Part shown: positions 57,703 through 64,000 of the stretch, piece by piece
How positions within the stretch are numbered: the stretch's first letter is position 1
How the letters are laid out: every line of letters starts with the position of its first letter
Source: an uncultured Spirochaetota bacterium
GTDB taxonomy: Bacteria; Spirochaetota; Brevinematia; Brevinematales; JAOACQ01
NCBI GenBank assembly: GCA_963783575.1
Contig: CAWAOD010000009.1
Span: forward strand, 444,153 to 508,152
Direction: 5' to 3'
Length of the DNA: 64,000 bases
Program-made: the position numbers and the translations under genes
Notes under the pieces: generated by a model
The model's database searches: none
Told to the model about the DNA's origin: nothing
What the model saw: the letters and a program-made list of their open reading frames with translations, nothing else

Positions 57703-59274
57703 TCAGAACCTGAATACTAATTCCATTTCACCGAAGGGTCCGCTGAAATTAACCGGCAGGGTGCTCTGGGTATTCCCATCAACAGTAAGATTGACGACAC
57801 TTGTTGTTCCAACGCTTACCGAGGTTGTATTTTTTGAGTCACTGGAATCGGTATATGTTATACTGAAGTTCGGAAGTAGATAAAGGGCGTATCCCCCTGT
57901 AATCCTTAGCTTCATGCGCTGATTGAATTGATAGCTGAATGAGAGCCTGGGTTTTATCCCTACAGTAACGCCGCTTAAATCTACGCTAATATTATTACTG
58001 AATGATGTATTGTTAATTGTTATTTGTGACGAATTATTGATTACACCGAGAGACTCGCTTAAACCTATGATAGATAAATCAGCTCCAATAACAAAACTCA
58101 TGTTCCATAAGTAAAATTCATATCCGCCCCCAAGCTGTCCATAAAAAGCAAACGGGTTGTTAAATAAAATACCGCCGCTTAAATCCACAAGCCCCGCGTA
58201 GCCCAATTCATATTCACCCTCAATGCCGAATGTCGGTACATAAGAGGACGGCGACATAGTTCCGGAATTGGTAAAGACAGTTTTGGAATCTGAAGTTGAG
58301 GATATTATGGTGAAATTTTTACCAGTTACTGCCATTGGAAGAGCCCCGGCAAAGACATTAAAGCGGCCACCAAGCATCGGGAGTTCAAGCAGCTGGTCGC
58401 CGACTTCCGGCTTTCCGAATATAGTAGATGCGACTGACCATTGTTCCCCGATTTCTTTAACCCGGAGAATACCTGTATTAACTTTCTCAGTGAATTTATT
58501 TAATATTTTTGTTTCTTTCTGAATGGCAAACTCATAACCCGGGCGGACTCCAAGGTCCTTACCAAGCTCAATATATACTCCCTTCGGATTGATTTCAAGA
58601 ACCTGTGTCTTGATTTTAAACTCTTCTACATTACGTAAAAAGAAGCCTAATCCTGAAATCGCGTCATCAACCCCCTTCTGATAAGCATCAATTGAGCTTG
58701 TCCGTGATGTTTGCGCGCTTGAAGCGTTATAAGTATCAAGCAGATTACCTTCCGCAGTAATTATCTTGACCGAAATATTGACATTAACCTTATATTCCTT
58801 AACAAGACGGATCACAATCTTACCGTCAGAGCGAGTTTCCTTAACTTCAACCTGATATTCTTCAACACTATATCCGTTTATTGAAGGCATAAAAATAAAA
58901 AACGCATTAACAAGTTTCTGCATCTCTGCCGCTGGAATAACCGTGATGCCAAGATCGGCGTCTATATATTGGGGATTTGTAACAATCGCTTCTTTTTTTA
59001 ATTCCTGGATTTTTTTAATGAATTCATCGGCAGAACGGTTATCAAGATGATATTGATAACCGATTACCTGAAACCGTTTCATCCCGCTTAAAAGCCCGAT
59101 CAATTTGTCATCGAAATACTGATGGGCTGAATCAGGAATTTCATAAGCCGAATAAACGGGAAATACCGCTATTTCATTTTTTTTTGAAACTTCAGCTACG
59201 GCAAATAGCTTCTCAGCCCTTACTCCGGAAATAATAAATAATCCGATGATAAAAACTATATATAAATTTCTCAC
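57703..59274 (-). CDS. exported protein with CsgG/LpoB-like N-terminal domain and C-terminal beta-barrel-like region (GTG start)
   Basis: Start assigned to the GTG at 59274 with a GGGGA RBS. Signal peptide MRNLYIVFIIGLFIISGVRA. N-terminal EIAVFPVYSA...GLLSGMKRFQVIGYQ resembles CsgG/LpoB-type lipoprotein folds. Ends ...MELVFRF. Confidence 0.4.
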   Translation of the reverse strand: MRNLYIVFIIGLFIISGVRAEKLFAVAEVSKKNEIAVFPVYSAYEIPDSAHQYFDDKLIGLLSGMKRFQVIGYQYHLDNRSADEFIKKIQELKKEAIVTNPQYIDADLGITVIPAAEMQKLVNAFFIFMPSINGYSVEEYQVEVKETRSDGKIVIRLVKEYKVNVNISVKIITAEGNLLDTYNASSAQTSRTSSIDAYQKGVDDAISGLGFFLRNVEEFKIKTQVLEINPKGVYIELGKDLGVRPGYEFAIQKETKILNKFTEKVNTGILRVKEIGEQWSVASTIFGKPEVGDQLLELPMLGGRFNVFAGALPMAVTGKNFTIISSTSDSKTVFTNSGTMSPSSYVPTFGIEGEYELGYAGLVDLSGGILFNNPFAFYGQLGGGYEFYLWNMSFVIGADLSIIGLSESLGVINNSSQITINNTSFSNNISVDLSGVTVGIKPRLSFSYQFNQRMKLRITGGYALYLLPNFSITYTDSSDSKNTTSVSVGTTSVVNLTVDGNTQSTLPVNFSGPFGEMELVFRF

Positions 59275-59547
59275 AATATCCCCCTGAAAAAAATAATTTC
59301 TCAAAGTAACTTTAAACCATAACCGTTTCTTGAGTATAACATGATTTATATTGAATTTCAAGATTATAAAAACAGGATTTAATCTTATTCCGGCCAACTC
59401 AAAGAAATTTTTTCCTTTTCAAAGCATGACCTATGAATATATTTTATTTTAACCATTAAGAAAAAACAAAAATCGTTTAGTTTTTTTTTGCTGATCCGAT
59501 ATACATAAAAGAACAAGGATGTTTATTCTATACCAAGGAGGGTAATT

Positions 59548-60063
59548 ATGGAAGAAAGCATTATGAATCACATGAAAACATTTAAGGATTTGCTTTCTCA
59601 TGAGGCTGATGCCTTATCATACCTGGAGAAGCTTGAGAATCAAAAGTTTGACGCGCTTAAACAGGTTGATATCAAAAAGTTGATGCGCATCAATTCCGAT
59701 GAGGAGGAAATGCTGCACAAGCTTGAAGTTATTGAAAAGAAGAGGAAAAATCTTATTCTTCTCCTTTCAGAAGCTTTCAGTTTTGATCCCTGTGTTTCAC
59801 TTTCCGAGCTTTTTACCTACCTTCCCGATGAAGAATATAAATCATATAAAAATGAGTTATCTGAACTGAGAAATACTATAAAGGGATTTACCGAAAAATT
59901 GCAAGTCACGATGCATGAAAATTCGGAAATGATAAGAACAAATCTCGATATCATAAACCTGACGCTTAATTTTGCAAATCGGAATTCCCAGAAAGAGACA
60001 TACGGATACCGGGATAAAAAAGAAAGCCGTGAAAATATTTACCTGGTTAATCAAATAGCGTAA
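59548..60063 (+). CDS. flgN: flagellar export chaperone FlgN-like
   Basis: 171-aa helical protein directly upstream of flgK. Shows the FlgN-like pattern (ALSYLEKLENQKFDALKQVDIKKL). Confidence 0.5.
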   Translation: MEESIMNHMKTFKDLLSHEADALSYLEKLENQKFDALKQVDIKKLMRINSDEEEMLHKLEVIEKKRKNLILLLSEAFSFDPCVSLSELFTYLPDEEYKSYKNELSELRNTIKGFTEKLQVTMHENSEMIRTNLDIINLTLNFANRNSQKETYGYRDKKESRENIYLVNQIA

Positions 60064-60155
60064 TAATCGCTGGCTTTTAGCAGTTTTATAAGATAAATAA
60101 TTGTGGGTCAAGCCTCGGGCTTTACCGTGCCGATGGCACGTTTTAGGAGAAAAGA

Positions 60156-62057
60156 ATGCTTTCAACATTTCATGGGATTGAAGTCGGGAAAAAAGGACTG
60201 ATGGCAAACAATATGGGCCTTGATACTACGGGCCATAACCTGTCAAATATAGATACCGAAGGTTATTCCCGCCAGAAAGTAAATCTTACAGCGACAAGCC
60301 CACTTTACGAACCGGGCGCAAACCGCGTTGAAATGGCAGGCCAGATCGGTACAGGTGTTGCCGTTGAGGATATTCAACGGGTCCGGGACCAGGCGATAGA
60401 CGACCGTATCAATTTCGAGAAAGGCGGGCTTGGATTCTGGGGGATGAAACAGCAGTTTCTGCACCAGATTGAAATGATTCAGAATGAGCCTGGAAAGCCG
60501 AATATCCGCACTGTAATGGATGAATACTGGGAAAGCTGGCAGAAGGTCGCCTCAGATCCGACGGAAAGGGCTTCCCGTGAAGAACTTGTTCAGCGAACTC
60601 AGGCAATGACTGAAACTTTTAACCACAGCTTCAATTCTTTGTATGACTTAAGAAAAAACGCGGATAATCTTGTGGATCAGAGGATCAATGAAATAAACAA
60701 CATGGCATCGGAAATTGCGAATCTCAACCTGCAGATAGTTAAGTCTGAAGCTATGGGCGACAAGCCGAACGATCTTTACGACAGAAGGGATTTGCTGGTC
60801 GATAAACTCGCGAAGAATGTAGATATACGTGTTGAAAGGAACAATAAGCATGAACTGATTGTTTACATTGGTATGGAAAATCTTGTCCAGGGGGACCTTG
60901 TCAATAAAATCAATGGCGTCGGAAATACGGGGAATGACGGTTTTCTCGATGTGAAATGGAGGGACGGAAGGTCTGTGGCTCTTGGGAATGGCGAATTGGC
61001 GGGGCTTGTTTCCGCAAGGGACGACGATATCAAAATAGCTATACAAAATATAGATTCCTTATCAGCCAATATTGTGGATTCCACAAATGAAATTCATAAG
61101 GATGGATTTGGGTTGAATATGACAACCGATAATAAATTTTTTAAAGAAATGTCGGTAACGCCTTATGCTAATGGTGACTATGATTTTAATAATAACGGCA
61201 TTCCTAACGGGACGGCAATTTTCAAGGTAAGCGGAACCGAAAAAATTGATGAAAATACAGTGATCGGAAACGGCGGATTTCTTAATTTCGGTCCGGCAGT
61301 ACCCGGGGGAAATGATATAACTATCCAGTATAACTCAATTGATAAAGTAAAAGATGTGATCGATAAAATAAATCAATCCGATGCCGGAGTCTCTGCTTAT
61401 TTAAATCAAAGAGGCCAGTTGTCATTCAAAGCAAAATACCCTTCCGACGACAGGTTTCATCCGTTTGTCATCCGGCATATTGAAGATAGCGGAAATTTCC
61501 TTGTCGGAATAGCCGGTCTGCTCCATCAATCCGGGGCACAGGGCGCTTTTGATTACAGAACAGCGGGTAATCTTGTAAAATTCAATGTACCCGGTTTTAA
61601 TGTGACATTTACTCCCGAAAATCATCCATCGGTATGGATGGCGCTGGACGATAAAATAAAGTCCAACCCCGATTCTATTGCAGCCGCGGGTGCCATTGAT
61701 ACAGCAGGGGATGGAAAACCTGACCGAGTCAACGGCCTTGGTGACAACAGAAACGCGCTGGCTATAGCCGAATTAAGAAATAAAAAAATCATGGTGGAAA
61801 GTTCTTCCACATTCGGTGAATTTACAAAGGCCATGGTAGGCGATTTCGGGACGCGTTCGGAATCGGCCAAGGTAAATATGGATAAAAATCAGGCTGTGGT
61901 CGACAGTCTTGTGAATTTAAGAAAAGAGATCAGCGGAGTTAACGTTGATGAAGAAATGACAAAAATGATCATGTTCCAGCATGGTTATAACGCATCTGCG
62001 AGGCTGGTTTCGACAATTGATAGAATGATTGAAACAGTAATAAGGATGGGAGCGTAA
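60156..62057 (+). CDS. flgK: flagellar hook-associated protein 1
   Basis: MLSTFHGIEVGKKGLMANNMGLDTTGHNLSNIDTEGYSRQ N-terminus. The C-terminus ends in a rod/hook-like helical segment. Confidence 0.88.
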   Translation: MLSTFHGIEVGKKGLMANNMGLDTTGHNLSNIDTEGYSRQKVNLTATSPLYEPGANRVEMAGQIGTGVAVEDIQRVRDQAIDDRINFEKGGLGFWGMKQQFLHQIEMIQNEPGKPNIRTVMDEYWESWQKVASDPTERASREELVQRTQAMTETFNHSFNSLYDLRKNADNLVDQRINEINNMASEIANLNLQIVKSEAMGDKPNDLYDRRDLLVDKLAKNVDIRVERNNKHELIVYIGMENLVQGDLVNKINGVGNTGNDGFLDVKWRDGRSVALGNGELAGLVSARDDDIKIAIQNIDSLSANIVDSTNEIHKDGFGLNMTTDNKFFKEMSVTPYANGDYDFNNNGIPNGTAIFKVSGTEKIDENTVIGNGGFLNFGPAVPGGNDITIQYNSIDKVKDVIDKINQSDAGVSAYLNQRGQLSFKAKYPSDDRFHPFVIRHIEDSGNFLVGIAGLLHQSGAQGAFDYRTAGNLVKFNVPGFNVTFTPENHPSVWMALDDKIKSNPDSIAAAGAIDTAGDGKPDRVNGLGDNRNALAIAELRNKKIMVESSSTFGEFTKAMVGDFGTRSESAKVNMDKNQAVVDSLVNLRKEISGVNVDEEMTKMIMFQHGYNASARLVSTIDRMIETVIRMGA

Positions 62058-62120
62058 GATAGTCTCTAGTTGTTAGGCTCTAGTCGCTAGGTGAGGATTG
62101 ACAAGGAGCTAGAGAAAATA

Positions 62121-62269
62121 ATGAGAAGTTATAAGACTTATTGGTTTGGAAAAAATCGATAGAACTGGTAAAATTGATTTATGAAATTACAAAAAAATTT
62201 CCGGACAATGAGAAATTCGGTTTATTCAATCAAATGAGAAGGGCAGCTGTTTCGATGCCCTTGAATATA
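62121..62269 (+). pseudogene. four-helix-bundle (23S-IVS-type) protein gene, 5' portion. It has an early frameshift and is interrupted by the IS insertion at 62269/62270.
   Basis: ATG at 62121 with an AAGGAG RBS. After a 1-nt frame change it reads DLLVWKKSIELVKLIYEITKKFPDNEKFGLFNQMRRAAVSMPLNI, the conserved N-terminal half of four-helix-bundle proteins, then stops inside the IS. Confidence 0.6.
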
Positions 62270-63960
62270 CAGACTGTGTGAAAACACAGTAAATATGCTA
62301 TAATTATTAGAACAAAAATAATCGGAGTAAAAGATGAAGCATATTGAGGGAGAATCAAGGGATCAGATAGTTCTGTTCAATGAAACACTGGAAGATCTGT
62401 TAGGAGAAGAAGATCCGGTAAGGTTTATAGATATTTTTGTTGATAAGCTAAATATGAAAGGAGTTGGTTTTAAAGTAAAAGAAGCATCAACCGGCAGAAG
62501 TTCATATAAATCCGAAATACTTTTAAAAATCTATATTTACGGATATTTGAATAAAATCAGGACAAGCAGGAAATTAGAGAGAGAGTGCCGAAGAAACACA
62601 GAGTTGATGTGGCTGACTGGACGACTAGCGCCGGATTTCAAGACGATTGCCGACTTCAGGAAAGATAATAAGAAGGGAATACAGTCGATATTCAGAGAAT
62701 TTTTGAAGATATGTCATAAAGCCGGGCTTTTATCATTTGACGTTGTTGGAATTGATGGAACCAAGATCAGTGCGCAAAACCACAATAACAATGTTTATCA
62801 TAGGAAAAACATAGAAGAAATCATACATAGAATAGATCAAAAGATCGAAGAATATTTGAATGAGATGGATAAGAACGATAAGGAAGAAAAGAATGAATTT
62901 GAATTTCTTTCCGGAAAGATAGCGGAACGTTTTAAAAAATTGAAAACAAAAAAGGATAAAGTTGAGGCTATTAAAAAGATTTTTGAGGGAAATCCTGAAA
63001 TGGAGAAATATTATTCAAATGACCCGGAAAGCCGGTTTATGAATGATAAAGGGAAATCCGACATTGCATATAATCTGCAGATGGCAGTAGATGATGCGAA
63101 TAAACTGATTGTGGTGATTGATGTGACGAATGAAAACAATGATATCAAACAGATGGCAGGAATGTGTGACCGAGTAGAAGAAATAAAGGACGAGCTTAAG
63201 GTAGAGACTGAAACGGTCAAAGTATCGGATGCCGGTTATTACAGCGAACCGCAGATACTGGAATGTATAGATAAGGGACATAACGTATATATGCCGAATC
63301 CGGATGACGGACATAAGGCAAGGATTCGAGGCAAAGAAGATAATAAAGGAGTACCTGCTGAAGAATACCAGGTTGATAAATTCAAATATGATCCGGGACA
63401 AAATGTTTATTATTGTCCGGAGGGAAACCAATTAGTGAGAAATGGGAAAAAAGTAGAGAAGGTCAATGGAGGAAAAGAGATAGTCAGGTACAAGTGCGGC
63501 TTATGCAGCCAATGTGAAGTAAGAAATAAGTGTACTGAAAGCGTGGAAGGACGAAGTATCAAAGTACCAGTTAGAAAAGAAGAAATTGAGAACTTCAAGA
63601 GGAAAATTCGTTCTGAAGCCGGGAAAAAGATCATAGAGAAAAGGAAAGAGATATGTGAACATCCATTTGGATCGATAAAAAGGAATATGGGTTACAGTTA
63701 TTTTTTAATGAAGGGAAAGGATGGCGTTCTGACGGAATCCAGTTTGGCAGGATTCATTCATAATTTAATAAAAGTATTGAATATATTGGGAATAAAGAGA
63801 CTTATGACTCTGGTTTGATGCTAATAAACCATCGTTTATCGTTTTCGGATAGATTTTTTAAACTAAGATTTTTTTAGCTTGAAAAATATATCAAAAAATG
63901 GAGTTTTTGTATAATTAATCGATTTTACTATAAAATTTTACTGAGTTTTCACACAGCCTG
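62270..63960 (+). mobile_element. IS1182-family insertion sequence (1691 bp) with about 24-bp imperfect terminal inverted repeats and a 3-bp ATA target duplication
   Basis: Left end cagactgtgtgaaaacacagtaaa. Reverse complement of the right end caggctgtgtgaaaactcagtaaa (22/24 identical). ATA flanks both ends (62267-62269 and 63961-63963). Confidence 0.75.
62334..63818 (+). CDS. IS1182-family DDE transposase
   Basis: 494 aa. N-terminal ESRDQIVLFNETLEDLLGEEDPVRFIDIFVD and YGYLNKIRTSRKLERECRRNTELMWLTGRLAPDFKTIADFRK, and C-terminal HPFGSIKRNMGYSYFLMKG. These blocks are typical of IS1182/IS5-like transposases. Confidence 0.7.
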   Translation: MKHIEGESRDQIVLFNETLEDLLGEEDPVRFIDIFVDKLNMKGVGFKVKEASTGRSSYKSEILLKIYIYGYLNKIRTSRKLERECRRNTELMWLTGRLAPDFKTIADFRKDNKKGIQSIFREFLKICHKAGLLSFDVVGIDGTKISAQNHNNNVYHRKNIEEIIHRIDQKIEEYLNEMDKNDKEEKNEFEFLSGKIAERFKKLKTKKDKVEAIKKIFEGNPEMEKYYSNDPESRFMNDKGKSDIAYNLQMAVDDANKLIVVIDVTNENNDIKQMAGMCDRVEEIKDELKVETETVKVSDAGYYSEPQILECIDKGHNVYMPNPDDGHKARIRGKEDNKGVPAEEYQVDKFKYDPGQNVYYCPEGNQLVRNGKKVEKVNGGKEIVRYKCGLCSQCEVRNKCTESVEGRSIKVPVRKEEIENFKRKIRSEAGKKIIEKRKEICEHPFGSIKRNMGYSYFLMKGKDGVLTESSLAGFIHNLIKVLNILGIKRLMTLV

Positions 63961-64000
63961 ATAGCTGAAGGGAAATCAAGAAATACAAATAAGGAATTCT
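63961..64000 (+). pseudogene. four-helix-bundle protein gene, 3' portion resuming after the IS (continues beyond the window)
   Basis: Reads IAEGKSRNTNKEF in the frame that joins PLNI across the ATA duplication, matching the conserved NIAEG..R.S.KEF block of the family. Confidence 0.55.

Noticed and set aside
1-64000. CRISPR arrays, Cas genes, reverse transcriptases, restriction-modification or other named phage-defence modules
   Set aside because: No arrays of regularly spaced direct repeats and no proteins with Cas, RT, TIR, Sir2, helicase-nuclease or methyltransferase signatures were found on either strand. The MoxR ATPase and Nudix protein are in housekeeping-like contexts.

Overview
This is a low-GC (roughly 35-40 %) bacterial chromosomal window, probably from an uncultured anaerobe assembled from a metagenome or long reads. 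Most of it is housekeeping: valS, argJ-argC-recA, lepB, fhs, rluD, queH, pncB-pncA-nudix, a GH1 beta-glucosidase, flgN-flgK, and tRNA-Cys, tRNA-Leu(UAA) and tRNA-Ala(CGC). The accessory content worth attention is: (i) a MarR-type regulator with vicinal cysteine pairs, followed by hgcA and hgcB, the mercury-methylation genes; (ii) a Band7_1-type SPFH protein with a SHOCT tail, followed by a 621-aa membrane protein of [Tim44-like + zinc-ribbon] x2 + TerB, which looks like a fused YdjG/H/I-type PspA-less membrane-stress module; (iii) two tandem paralogous giant surface lipoproteins with a TolB-like PD40 propeller, Ig-like repeats, a poly-Ser linker and a GGG-motif parallel beta-helix; (iv) an unusually dense c-di-GMP set, with three HD-GYP phosphodiesterases carrying different sensor modules and one REC-REC-GGDEF cyclase; (v) an orphan HypF-like carbamoyltransferase module with no hydrogenase genes nearby; (vi) a gene-decay island holding an SDR remnant, an intact radical-SAM/SPASM gene and a fused remnant of a membrane-fusion protein and ABC ATPase; and (vii) a complete IS1182-family element with about 24-bp inverted repeats and a 3-bp ATA duplication, inserted in frame into a four-helix-bundle gene downstream of flgK. 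At least three conserved genes (UPF0182, SPFH-SHOCT, fhs) are broken by single-base frameshifts sitting on G/C homopolymers, and two more frameshifts (GGDEF response regulator, four-helix-bundle gene) sit in A/T-rich sequence. These are most simply read as assembly indels, not true pseudogenes. Correcting them reveals a SHOCT domain on the SPFH protein and an extra N-terminal REC domain on the GGDEF protein. No CRISPR array, reverse transcriptase or recognisable phage-defence ATPase or nuclease was seen.
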